A stretch of DNA of 64,000 bases from Octopus sinensis (lineage: Eukaryota). The stretch spans positions 74,710,001-74,774,000 of the forward strand of contig NC_042999.1 of NCBI RefSeq assembly GCF_006345805.1, in the 5' to 3' direction. Below, one piece after another: positions 1-12,095 of the stretch. Position numbers and translations under genes: made by a program. Below the pieces are notes generated by a model. That model saw nothing but the letters and a program-made list of their open reading frames with translations. It did not search any database and had not been told where the DNA came from. Each line of letters starts with the position of its first letter. Positions within the stretch are counted from its first letter, which is position 1.

Positions 1-330
1 TTCCCATGCTGGCTTGGGTTGGACGGTTTGAGAGGAGCTGGCCAGTAAAGGAGCTGGCCAGTAAAGGAGCTGGCCAGTAAAGGAGCTGGCCAGTAAAGGA
101 GCTGGCCAGTAAAGAAGCTGTCCAGACTCCAATTGGCTGTTGTGACATGGTTTCTACAGCTGGGTACCTTTCCAACTTCCAGCCACTTTACAGAGTGTGC
201 TGGGTGCTTTTTATGTGTCATTGGCATGGGTGCATTTACACAGCAGCATGAGTACATTTTATGTGACACTGGCATCTGTAAAGGACAAGTCTGTATATAT
301 GGGTGGATGTCAACGATTTTACTTAGCTTC
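1..330 (-). mobile_element. RTE-family 3' tail fragment containing a 16-bp tandem repeat (gagctggccagtaaag x5, 35-114)
   Basis: Shares ccatgctggc.tgggttggacggtttg...gtttctacagctgg with the RTE 3' ends at 42116, 51055 and 53231. Confidence 0.65.
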
Positions 331-519
331 ATGCATCTTCTCAAGCTGGCAACTTAGCTTTTTTTTTTTAAATACTAGTTGAAGCTGTGGTTTACTCATG
401 CACAAGGAATGTACATGTCTCTACATGTTACATTGTAAATTGCAGCTTTCCACTAGTATTCATTTGTCTTTTGCAGCCGCTGAAGTGGACTAAAGCATTA
501 TAAGAGGGGCAGTTGAATG

Positions 520-800
520 CAGATCAGTTATCAGGTTCTTGTATCTGAAAGGTTGCACTCCAAAAGAAACTTTCGATGAGATGAAAGAAGTTTATGGTGG
601 TGATGCACCATCATGTGACATAAGTCAAGCACTAGCATTGCCAGTTCAAATGTGGTTGGACATAGGTAGAAACTGCTTCTATTCTTAGACAGCCCTATTC
701 CACCAATGATGGCAACACCATCCATAAAGTGGAAGCCACAATTTTGTGGATCAGTACATAACTATTTGGCAACTAGCTCAAAAAGTGAGCTAGTTGAAGA
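520..800 (+). mobile_element. Decayed mariner transposase N-terminal (HTH) fragment
   Basis: Translates VIRFLYLKGCTPKETFDEMKEVYGGDAPS, then frameshifts; resembles a mariner HTH start. Confidence 0.55.
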
Positions 801-1293
801 TTTTTTTTGTTTCTCATGCAACAGTTTGTGACCCTTTTGTTCAACTGAAGCAATTGTGTTTCCTATGCAACATTTTATTTTCCTATTTCATCTCTTCTTT
901 GTGAATATTTGAAAATTTACACATTTCTTAAATTTTGGAGCTTCTCAAGTTTCCATTTTCAAGTCAGCATTAAAACTACTTATGAGGGTTGATAGAATTC
1001 ATTTTTTGTATTGACATAAAACTGGTTGGAATGAAAAGGTAAAATTTAGATGGATTTTGTTATGCTGTTTACTACAGTGAAGATTTAATTATTTGATGAG
1101 GTCATTTTGTTTTAAAATGTTTTTGTTTGTAAATTGGATTACTGATTGAAGTGTTGTTCTCTACATTTCATGAAATAAACTACTTATGGATTCTTTGATA
1201 TGCCTGAGCAACCACATCTGGTCTAGATGGTAAACTTACTAAAACAAAATCACCTGATACTCTAATAAAAAGCAAGATATCTATCTTTCTTAC

Positions 1294-1425
1294 CGCAATT
1301 CTTTTCATCAGTGCCACCTTCACAGTCAATTTCTCCATTACACATACTTTCTTTACGAATGCATACATTTGTAGAATTGGTTTCATTGCGACCGGGAGGA
1401 CATCTAACTTCACCATTTTCACAAC
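1294..1425 (-). CDS. Host gene exon: LDLa repeat (CENGEVRCPPGRNETNSTNVCIRKESMCNGEIDCEGGTDEKNC)
   Basis: Acceptor catcttcaag after a pyrimidine tract, donor gtaaga, 132 nt, phase 1-1; six Cys and a DC..GTDE motif. Confidence 0.92.
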
Positions 1426-1989
1426 CTTGAAGATGTAAAAAAGAAAAAGGTGAATATATAAATTATAAATATTCTATAAATAAGTAAATAGTTAGCACAG
1501 TTAAGTATGTTTAATTTTCATGTAATCTTTTCCTGTTGGAATAATTAGTTAATGAATCATTTGCCTGACAACCAAACAATTATAATTTTATAATTTAAAT
1601 AGGTTTGCTTCATCGGAAATGATGCAGCTGTGGTCACATGCCCTTTCACTAAGATGTAAGCATAGATCTCTAGTTAGGCAGCTGGTGACATAGTATCATC
1701 CCAGGCTGTAAGGGCTAAAAAAAGGATTAAAGTGGTAGGTGGTAGGGATTGAAATCAAGAGGCTATGTGGGAAGCAAAACATAGATATATTTGCTTGATC
1801 CAGTGGATGATGTAACTGATAGATTTAAGCTCCAATACATTTATTGTATAAACCTGTAATGTAAGAAGTTCAGACAGAATTTTAAACTTGAGACTAAAAC
1901 AAAAGTGCATTCCAGAAGGTTTGAAACTTTTCCAGGAGAGACATTTATTAATTTCAAAGAAGGACAATACTCTAATATTCTTTAAAATA

Positions 1990-2640
1990 AGATCCTTTTA
2001 CTTAAATGCACTTGTAGCACTCCAGCCACTTCGTAAGGCTCCATGAAAATCCCCCAAAGTGAAGCTATCCAAGACCCTTGTCACAGCTGCCTTTCTCTTC
2101 TACAGCTTGAGGGACAACCAAACTGCAGGGAGCAAAGTCTGGTCTGTAGGGAGGGTGAGGGACAGTTTTGATGCCCATCTCTGTCAAATAGCTGATTACT
2201 GTGATAGAATTGTGGACTGGTGCATTGTCTTGGTGCAGGTACTTTGACCTTCTGTGATGAAATTTCTTCTTTAACCCACTCAAAAACCTTCACAATGTAC
2301 TCTTTGTTAACTGTACGGCCAGAGAAAATCCAGTGGATGCAAATGATGCCCTTGCTGTCGAAAAAGGGGATCGATCATCATGAGCTTACTGGTAGACTTG
2401 CTTTGCCTGGCTTCTTGTGCCAGTGAAAAACAATTGTTCAGCTCATACAAGTTAATCTATAAGTAGCCTGGAGCATTTATTGCATAGAAAGCTTCTAAAT
2501 TGTTTCCTTGTCCTGACTACATTCTGCAAACTAGTCACCGTGACAAGGAACATTTAGTAGAGTGTGTTCAAAGTGCTGTTACAACTGACTCCTTCCATCT
2601 GGAATAAAATAGTTGACAGGACAATTTATTTGTTGTATCA
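1990..2640 (-). mobile_element. Decayed mariner transposon (DDD catalytic region)
   Basis: ORF 2065..2283 contains HQDNAPVH and HPPYRPDFAPC (the HPPYSPDLAP motif). Confidence 0.75.
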
Positions 2641-3138
2641 TAATGATATACTAAAATTACAATAATTTAAGACAGTTATAAGCACTTCTCCTAGAAAGAT
2701 TGTCTCAAAATTTCTGTAATGCACTTTGTATTTGTCACCGATTCACTGCTGACTTTTTATTTTTAAGTTTAATTACAAGTCATGATATCCAAACATTTCT
2801 CATAAATTAGGAGACTGAAAATTTACTATACTCACCAAAAAGAATTATTATTAGGTGCAAGTTCAGTAGTATGAAGAAATAGTGCGACGTGTTCAGTCAA
2901 TCCTTTCAATATTAAACACTTATTTCTTACAATTTTACTTCACCATTTCTTTTCAATTTTTAAAAAAAACATTGATGGAAAGTGGTAATATATGTAAATA
3001 ACTTAAAAAGAGTGAAACAACTTTAAACAGAAAAGTGAAATGCAGTGTAGATTTGAGATACCAGGAACACACTGTATTTTCCCTAGCATTCATCCAGCCA
3101 CAAGGTATTAATATAGAAAAACACTCTTAACAACTTAC

Positions 3139-3225
3139 TTGTATTGGAACAAGTCACATAAGTGGTATCGCATTGGCATCGTCCATCACAATTGTATAAA
3201 TCCCATCGCTGATAACCATAATAAT

Positions 3226-3256
<31 letters not shown>

Positions 3257-3296
3257 AGTCATGTACGTTTTTATGCTTGTTTGAGTTGTAGTGCCA
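3139..3296 (-). CDS. Host gene exon: SRCR domain, C-terminal half with poly-Tyr tract (GTTTQTSIKTYMTGNYYYYYYYYNYYGYQRWDLYNCDGRCQCDTTYVTCSNT)
   Basis: Acceptor ttttgtcacag, donor gtaagt, 158 nt, phase 2-1, exactly bridging the phase-2 SRCR exon and the phase-1 LDLa exon; supplies four more Cys ending in V.C. Confidence 0.8.
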
Positions 3297-3372
3297 CTGT
3301 GACAAAAAACAAAAGTTTGACAATTACTTTTCAAAATTCATTTCATATTTTAAAGTAAAGGCTATTTGTGAA

Positions 3373-4087
3373 CATAATGTGGCTGTCCTGTAAAGGACAA
3401 TGTTACTGTTGTTTTAGCCCCAAGAAACATGGTTTTTAGCTGGCTATACGACACATCAGTGTTGTTGTATTTTAGAATAGGGAGTTCAGCACTCCCACCT
3501 AGCGCAAAACAACATCTGTGGACTTTATCAACACAGAGTAGCTGCTTGGCCAGATTTCGTTGCTGAACCCACCATACGAATATATAGTTTTCAAAGTGAC
3601 ACACAGTCACTGATCTAAAAATAGGAATATTATTTCTAAATCTCTGAAAAAGAGACATTAGTGGCAGTTCTTTAAAATAAAGGCCATTTACCACCATAAT
3701 GTAGCTGTCCTGCAATGGACGATGTTACTCTTGTTTTAGCCCCAAGAAACATCATTTCTAGCTGGCTATACGAAATAATATCTGTGTCATGTGTCACTTT
3801 GAAAACTATATATTTGAATGATGAGTTCTGCAATGCCATCTGTGTTGATAAAGAGCAATAACCCAGAAACTAGTCCACAGATGTTTTGTGCTAGGTGGGA
3901 GTGCTGAACTCCCTGTTCAAAAATATAAGGACACAGATATTGTGTGATATAGCCAGCTAGAAACGATGTTTCTTGGGGTTAAAGCAACAGTGACATAGAC
4001 CTTTACAGGGGATGATGTTACTTTTTTTAAAGAACTGTTACTGAATGTCTCTCTTTGAGAGATTTAGAAATAATAATATTTCTATTT
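3373..4087. repeat. Complex foldback repeat (direct and inverted copies of an approximately 300-bp unit)
   Basis: 3373-3452 is repeated directly at 3695-3775. Blocks of 3373-3680 recur inverted at 3785-4087 (e.g. gggagttcagcactcccacctagc / gctaggtgggagtgctgaactccc). Confidence 0.85.
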
Positions 4088-5330
4088 CATATTTTACTTT
4101 GCATAATATATATTATTTTCAGGACATCCATACTTTTGGCATGGGATAGCTTAAATTGCTTTTAATTGTTAGCAGTTGAAACACTACATCCTTTAAGACT
4201 TCCATACTTCCTGAAATCCACCAACAGTACACCTGATGCCCCACCACCTATGTTTCTTCTTTTTCTTTTTCTTCTTTAAGACTTTTATCACTGTTCTCTT
4301 CCTGTGCATATTCTGCTTACTGTTCATGCCGTTTTGGTTACTTTTTCTGATGAGTTATAGTGCACCTGAGCACTGTATATAATTCTTTTGTTACATATTT
4401 CATTACATGCTTAATGATAGTAAAATAAAAATGGCACACTTTTATTCAATCACATTTTTCATTTCTGTTTAAAATATGCTTAAGATATAGTAAATGTATC
4501 CTCTTCCTGGTTGTCGTTGTTGTCATCATCATCATTAACCTCAGCATCACAACTACCAACACATCACTATCATTTAACATATGTCTTCTGTGGGGACATG
4601 GGGTGAGTGGTTTTACAGGATCCAATGAGTTAGATGATTGTATTGTACTCCAATGTCTGTTTGGTATTGTTTCGATCTATCTGTATATATTTGTTTGTTC
4701 CTAGGATCATGGTCAGTCTACTTAGAATAAGGAATCCCAAGTTACAGGAACATTCTATGTGTGTGTATAAAAATGTTTTCATACTTAAATATATATTGTT
4801 TTAGCATTTAATTAGGAAACAGTGGTGAGTAAAAATTCTGTAAATAACAAGCATTTACCATGTATTGGCTATAGAAAATAGTCCAATATTGGGGAATATA
4901 AGACTTTGATGGAAAAAATGGGTATTAGCATGTGTGGGAATTGAACTCATAACTTTAGCTTTTTGTGATAAGTGTGTTGATCGATTACACTAACTTACCC
5001 ACCAACTTCGTTCTGTTAGATTTAAGAACTATAATTTCATGATGTTGTATAAACAAATATGTGCTTGTTCTGCGTTAGATTAAGAAACAGTGATGAGGGA
5101 AAATTCTGTAAATAATAATTATAAGCGTTCACTATTTATTGGCTATAGAACATAGTCTAACATTGGGGCATATAAGCCTACATGTACTACATGTACTAGT
5201 ACCCCTTCTTTGCCATTGAGAGCTTATATGTCCCATAATTAGATATAATTAGACTATTTTCTATTGCAAAAACATGGTGAAGGCTTCTAAGCTTAAAGCT
5301 TATAATTGTTAATTACAGAATTTATACATG

Positions 5331-5331
<1 letters not shown>

Positions 5332-5388
<57 letters not shown>
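5332..5388. repeat. (AAT)n microsatellite
   Basis: Direct reading. Confidence 0.95.
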
Positions 5389-5389
<1 letters not shown>

Positions 5390-5726
5390 CAAAAGAATGA
5401 GACTGCGATATTAGATAAATAGAGGATTATTTATATATGTTATAATCTAGAACAAATAGTAAAAAGTTGTCATTATAGTTCTCGGAGTTTTGAATGTCAG
5501 AGTGAAGAGATACGATGCATTCTCATCAGTTTTTAATGGTGAAAGATGCTATGAAAATCCGTTGAATAAAAGAGAAGTTGCTCTAATTGGTAGAAAAAGA
5601 AAAAAGATAAAGAATGCATGCAACCATACTATCATAATACATAGACATAAACCTCCTGTGTTCAAAATGTCTACATACGTACACACTCACAAGCACACAT
5701 GTATACGTACATGCAAATACACACAG

Positions 5727-5763
<37 letters not shown>

Positions 5764-5940
5764 TATACATGTCTGTGTGTATTTGCATGTACGTATACAT
5801 GTATGTGTGTGAGTGTGTACGTATTAATTATCTTTTTTAATAATTTGATATATTTGAATAATATAAATTAATTAATCTTATGTATTGGCTTAAGTTTTTC
5901 ATTGTATGATTTACCTAATAGTGGTTTTATCTCTAATTTA

Positions 5941-5972
<32 letters not shown>

Positions 5973-5976
<4 letters not shown>

Positions 5977-8218
5977 TGATTGATTGATTGATTGATTCTA
6001 GTTTCAGCTTATGAGCTGTGGCCATGCTGGGGCACCGCCATTTGGTGTTGCTACTTGGTTTCACTTCATGGAGGCTTTCTAGCAACTGCTATTTGGTGCA
6101 TGAGAGAGTTCGATGCAGCTGCCCTCATCTGCCCCTCCTGCCGTGAAGTTGGTTCATCTGGGACACCTGACAGGAAGAGATCCAGCTTCATTTTAAAGAC
6201 ATCTGTATCCACCCCATGCAGGTCTCTCAGGTTCTTCGGGAGGATATTGAAGAGCTGTGGGCCTCGGAAGCCCAGGCTATCACAGAATCTTGTCCTACAT
6301 CTTGATGGCAGGTTTGGAGTCCTAGGCACCACGCAGTGGCGCCCAGTTCTGGCATTTGCGTAACTCTCGATGCCAAAGTTCAGGACACTTCCCTCCAGGA
6401 TCTTCCAGATGTATATTATGGCATATCTTTCCCGCCTATGCTCCAGGGAATATAATTTTAATCTCTTGAGTCTTTCCCAGTAGCTTACATTCTGCATAGA
6501 GGCTATCTTCTTTGTGTAGCTTCGTTGGATCGCCTCAAGTTCTGTGATCAACTTGACACTGGATGGTGACCATAGCTGAGAGCAATAGTCAAAGTGGCTT
6601 AGGACAAGTGTCTTCCAGAGGACCATCATGGTTTCTTGTTCTCTTGTTCTAAAGGTTCTAAGAATCCATCCAGCCAGCCATCTACATTTCATTGTCAGTT
6701 TAGCAACATGTACATGAAAGGTCGCGTCATCACTCATGTGAATACCCAGGTCACGCACTGATTGTGCCTCTGGGATTGCAATCCCTCCGGGTCCAGTGTA
6801 TTCATTGGGTATTGCATTCAGTTTTGCATGCTGATAGTATAAAGCTTGAAACTTTCCAGCATTGAACTGCATGCTATTCTTTTCAGCCCACTTGTATATT
6901 TCGTCCAGCTCACATTGCAGGTGTTTAGTGTCCCCAGGGTTCTGTATTGCCTGTGAAACTTTTGTATCATCTGCATAACTTGTGATCGTGGCTCTCTGCG
7001 TGGCTGGGGGCATGTCTGAGAGGGCCATTATGAACAGTAGTGGTCCCAGAACAGTGCCCTGCGGAACACCGCTCACTATTTGTGTGTTAATGGAGGTGGC
7101 CCCATTGGCTACTACCACCTGACTTCTATCCTTCAGAAAGTCATGAAGCCATTCTCCCAGTTTTCAACTATGTTGAGATCACGCAGTTTGTGACATATCA
7201 TTCCATGATCGACTTTATCAAAGGCCTTTGCAAAGTCGAGATATATCACTTCCACATTTGAGTGGTTGAGCAGCCGTTTCAGCACCCAGTCATAGTGTTG
7301 TAGGAGCTGAGTTAAACAGCTTCTCCCTGGTCGGAAACCATGTTGGGTGTCGGGCAGCAAGTCATTCTCTTCAAGGAAGGTGATCAGCTTCCTTCTGACT
7401 ATTCGTTCCATGACCTTGCTGATGTGTGAGGTCAGAGAGATAGGTCTATAGTTCTTGGCTTCCGCTCTGCTACCTCCTTTATGAATGGGGCATATTTTAC
7501 CTTCCTTCAGTTTTCCTGGAAGTTTGCCAGCTGCAAGGAAACTCTGAAAGAGGAACTGCAGTGGTCTTGCTAGGACTCTCTTACATGCTTTTAGGAGGAT
7601 TGCCGGGAATCCATCGGGGCCAGTAGCTGAGTCTGTTTTCATTTCATCTATAGCCTTGGTTACATCGTCTTCCTTTATATCGATGTAATCTATCGTCGCC
7701 GCCTCTGATTTTATATCTGCAGTGGTAAAAAGTCAGTTGGATTGGTGATTTGGAGATGCCCAAGGGGTGGAGTGAAAACACTCTTGAATTGCTCATTCAG
7801 TATTTCACTTACCCTCATTGGTTTTCCTGTAAGTGTGCCATCCTTTTCGAGGAGTGGCCCTATTCTACAGTGCACTGTAGCTGTTTCTTTGGCATACCTG
7901 TAGAAAGCTCTGGGGTTAGATTTTATGTTTTCTATAGCCCAGGCTTCTTTGTCTGCTCTTTCTTTTTCATGGGAGAGTTGCAGACATTTTTCGATTTCCA
8001 ACAGTTTTATTTTTAGGCGGGACTTTTCACTGCTTTCAATCTGTTTGTTTAGGCGATTTGAAAATTTTGTACGCCGTCTCATTAAAATTTTCCTCTCTCT
8101 GGGGATTTTGTTCTTGTGTACAGTGGCCTTTCTCTCTGGGACACATTTGTAGCATATGGCTTGCATTACAGACATGAATTGTTGAAGTTTCACGTCGATG
8201 TCTGAAGTTTCACGTCGA
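5973..8218 (-). mobile_element. 5'-truncated CR1-group LINE (RT ORF2 with two frameshifts, (AATC)n tail)
   Basis: ORFs 7711..8238, 7133..7642 and 6066..7118 join via frameshifts near 7725 and 7165. Motifs: YRPISLTS, QHGFR, YLDFAKAFDKV, GVPQGTVLGP, YADD, DYCSQLWSP, ERLKRLKLYSL..RRERY. Short tandem duplication at the 5' junction (8184-8218). Confidence 0.92.
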
Positions 8219-8362
8219 TATATATATATAATGAACATATATATATATATATATATAATGAATATGTGTACCTCATCCTCATTTACACATAGGTGTTTAC
8301 ATGCTTACAGGTAACATTATACATATATATTTTGACATCTATACATATAAATATACATATAC

Positions 8363-8395
<33 letters not shown>

Positions 8396-8552
8396 CAGAC
8401 ATGCATTTACACTCCCGCATACATGCATATACATACATATATATATAAGAATAGCCTAGGCAAAGTTATGTAGGAGTTGTGAGTATGTGCTGTTGCTGAC
8501 AAGGCACAAGTTCTTGGCTTCATCAGAAAAAAGTGCCATTTAAAAAAAAAAT

Positions 8553-8860
8553 TTATGTTTTAATGTCTTTTTTCAGTTGCTGTTGAAAAGTGATAAAGGA
8601 CTTATGAAATTTGGTTTTGTTTATAAGCTTCAGTAGATCTGTTTCGGAGCCTTCTAAGTCATTGATTTGGGGAGGGAATTTCTTTGATTTAATTTCATGG
8701 TATATGTTCTCTGTGATAGACTCTTCATTGTTGTAATGGAAGGCCTTCCATCTCATACAGTTAATAAGATCTGTAATTTTCTCCACTAGTTTTTTAGACT
8801 ATAGTTCCCTGGATGGTATAGGAAGTTTTCATTGAGTAATTGATAGTGTAAGGATCCATA
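8553..8860 (-). mobile_element. Penelope-like element N-terminal fragment
   Basis: With one frameshift it reads NYSMKN-IPIPSRE..KKLVEKITDLINCMRWKAF...KFPPQI..., a pattern recalled from GIY-YIG Penelope-like ORF starts. Confidence 0.55.
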
Positions 8861-9263
8861 TTAGATTATATATCAAGGGTAAAGACCCCCTTCGGTTATG
8901 AATGACCATGAGATTATAACTAGAAAGTTATCCTCCAAAGCACAAGTCCAGGCAAGGTTGTTTATGGAAGACCTGCAGTCTACCATACATACCAGCCGTG
9001 ACCGATTTTATTTAAGGGAAAAGCAAAAGTCACTGGAAAGGTTGTGAATGGCAATTTAAGAACTTTGCCGAACAAGAAATTACAACCCCACCCACAAAAA
9101 GCTAAAAAAAGAACACCAATTGACAGTTTAACCAACAAGTTAAACAAATGCTCGATTAGTGAGATAGATATTTAACCAATTGACTAAGAATAAAGAGTGG
9201 AATTGGACTGGTGCATATGTTATTAATATTGGTGTAATAACTATCCTTAGACACAATAATATA

Positions 9264-10536
9264 TTAGGTTGTCAAGAAAGTTCTTGCAGTTTTTAACCTT
9301 TAGATTCAGATGCACATATCTCAGCTCAAACAAAACTTTATTAATCGAAATAAACACCATCAGAATCAACACTTTGCCAACGTTAAGCAAGTTTATTTTT
9401 GCCAGTAGCGTAAAAATCCTGCGTTCTGGTGGCGAAGATGTTATTGAAGGCGTGTTTGGCATCGTCTTGGTTTTTGAAGCATTTTGAAGTTGTTGAGATG
9501 CTTGAAAAAGTGGTAGTCGGTAGGCGAGAGGTCTGGTGAGTATGGCGGATAAGGCAGAGTTTCGTAGCCCAATTCGTTCAACTTCTGCAGGGCCATTTGT
9601 GCGATGGTGGCTGAGCATTGTCATGGAGAAGATTTGGTCCTTTTCTATTGACCAATGCTGGCTGTTGTCAGAGTTTCTTATGCATTTCATCCATTTGCTG
9701 ACAGTATTTCTCCACCGTAATGATTTCGCCTGGATCCAAAAAGGTGTGATGGATGTGAGCAGCTGCAGACCACCAAACAGTCACCATGAACTTCTTTTGG
9801 TGCAACTTTGGTTTCAGGAAGTGCCATGGAGTTTCATCGGTGTCCAACCACTGAGCTGAGTGCTGCCGGTTGTCATAAAGAATCCACTTTTTATCGCAAG
9901 TCACAATCCAGTTGAGAAACAAGTCGCTGTTGTTGCGTAAAAGAAGGGAAGACGACAATTCAAAACGACATTTTTCTTTGGTTGTTGTTCAATTCGTGTG
10001 GCACCCATTTCTCAAGTATTTTTGTTTTTCCAATCTCTTTCAAGTGGTTGGAAATTGTCATATACGTTACGTCTAATTCAGAAGCAAGATCTCGAACAGC
10101 TGTGCGTGGATTGGCTTCCACTAAAGCTCTTTGTTGATCGTTGTCAACATCCAATGGCCGACCACTACGCTTATCATCTTCAAGACTCTCGTCACTGCTA
10201 CAAAATTTCCTGAACCACCATTGTGCTGTACATTAATTAGTGGTTCCTGGGCCAAATGCATCGTTGATATCGTGAGCTGTTTCAGCAGCATTTCAACCTA
10301 GCTTGAACTGGAATAAGAAAATTGTGCAAATTTGCTTTTTGTCCATGTTGTATTCAACATTCCAGAAACAAATGGCCTAATAATTCAAAAAGAAAAATAG
10401 TAACATGATTAGATAGAGCGAAAAGAAGGCTTTAAAAGGATATATAAAGTCAAAGTAATTTTAACGAAAATTAATTTGAAAATACATCATTTAAAACCAA
10501 AATTAAAAATTCCGCAAGAACATTCTTGACAACCTT
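9264..10536 (-). mobile_element. Full-length decayed mariner, Hsmar1/cecropia-like (1273 bp)
   Basis: TIRs ttaggttgtcaagaaagttcttgcag (9264, preceded by TA) and ccgcaagaacattcttgacaacctt (ends 10536). Motifs WVPHEL, IVTCDKKWILYDNR, MVTVWWSA, YSPDLSPTDYHFFKHL. Stops and frameshifts present. Confidence 0.93.
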
Positions 10537-10544
10537 GGAAGTTA

Positions 10545-11215
10545 CCTGTCCAGCAATTGTACTATTCAGAGATATCGAGAAAAAGATCAGCGTAGCTCAT
10601 AGTGCTTTCAGAAATCTTTCAAAGAGAGTCTTCTCAAACCATGACCTCACCATCCAAATGAAAGTCATGGTATTCTGGCCTGTCATTCTTTCCATAATAC
10701 TCTATCACTGTGAGATATGGGTATTTTATTGATGTGACTTAAAGAAAATCAAACATTTTCAGCAGTACAAACTTTGCGCAATCATGAGGATTCGATCGAA
10801 GAACTATATTACCAATGGAGCGGTACTTTTCTGGTCTGGACTACTGTGCATTGAATCTACCATGGCATAATACCACCTCCACTTGTTATACATATGCCTC
10901 AAATGTGCTTTCCCTGTCAAGTCCTCTTTGTGGAGTTGGTCTCATGCAAAAGATGACATGGAGCTCCTAAATTCTGTTTCCTTTACCAGCTCAAGGTAAC
11001 TTTCTCCACTGCTCCTTTGACCCAAATATGAAGGAGAAAATCACCAAGGATCACCCAAAGTAGCTGTATGTTATCATCAAAGGAATGAACCAGATGGGAA
11101 ATAACAAATGTTAACAGGCAGAGATCAGACGTCAAAGACACAAAGAATAACCTGCATTTCCTCATCCTCTACCAACCCCTGGCTCTTCTATAACACCCTT
11201 GACCTGAACTGCCAC
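10545..11215 (+). mobile_element. RTE (BovB-like) LINE C-terminal fragment
   Basis: ORF 10526..10732 reads KKISVAHSAFRNLSKRVFSNHDLTIQMKVMVF...ILYHCEIW, an RTE thumb-region pattern. Confidence 0.7.
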
Positions 11216-11739
11216 CTCAGGCACCAGCATCCTCTGTACCCATCAGGATGAAGAGGCACAGTTACTTGCTATAGAGTAACTGCTCGAATATGAGTTAATA
11301 CTGCTGCTGATGATATATAAATGTATGCCTGTGTGAGTGTGTGTAGATCCTCATCCTTTAATGTCTGTCTTCCATGTCAGCATGGGTTGAATGGCTTAAC
11401 AGGTTCCAATGAGCTGAAGGACTATGCTGAGTTCTGATGTCTGCTTTGGTATGGTTTCTATAGCTGGATGCCCTTCCTTATGCCAACCTTTTTAAGGAAT
11501 GAACTTAGTGCTCTTCGCATAACAATCCAGTAGACAGATCATCAGGTAACTTGTAATACAAAGGAAATGAAGAAACCCTCTCAACAGTTGATTGCAGTTA
11601 TACAAAGGGGGAATCTGGTTTTATGCCAGGTGTTCAGAGGCTAAAGCATGATTGAGGGATAGGCACATGTATCTTACTATAGAAGAGATACATGGCTACC
11701 TCCCATTATATAGGAGTGAGTGGGAGTAGTTGGAAAGAT

Positions 11740-12055
11740 GGGAGAAGTGTTGATGGTGAGTTATTGAAGCATTGTGTCAAGGTACAAGAAGGTGAGTATA
11801 CAAGAGAATATGGACAGGAATGGGAACATGAAGCTGGATAAGTTCATTGGTGTGTGAGAGAAGAGTGACAGATGGTTAGGGATGGGAGTAAAGGTTAATG
11901 TAAATGATGTACAAGTGTGGAGGTGTGGTTGATGGTAAATATTAGTATGAGGGAGAAAGTGAAAGAAATAACTCAAGAAGGAGGAGATAGTAAGTGACAG
12001 TACAGGAAGCATGTGGTGAGTAGTAATAGAAGCCTGCTGGTAGATCAGACAAGGG

Positions 12056-12095
<40 letters not shown>

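Noticed and set aside
3362-3715. 117-aa ORF and other short antisense ORFs over repeats (e.g. 5992..6363, 9247..9690, 53415..53789)
   Set aside because: They lie within inverted repeats or antisense to transposon ORFs and have no motifs or splice support.
4347-4385. CTGATGA followed by a hairpin, as a possible hammerhead
   Set aside because: No GAAA or NUH in the required positions; it looks like a LINE-type 3' tail hairpin.
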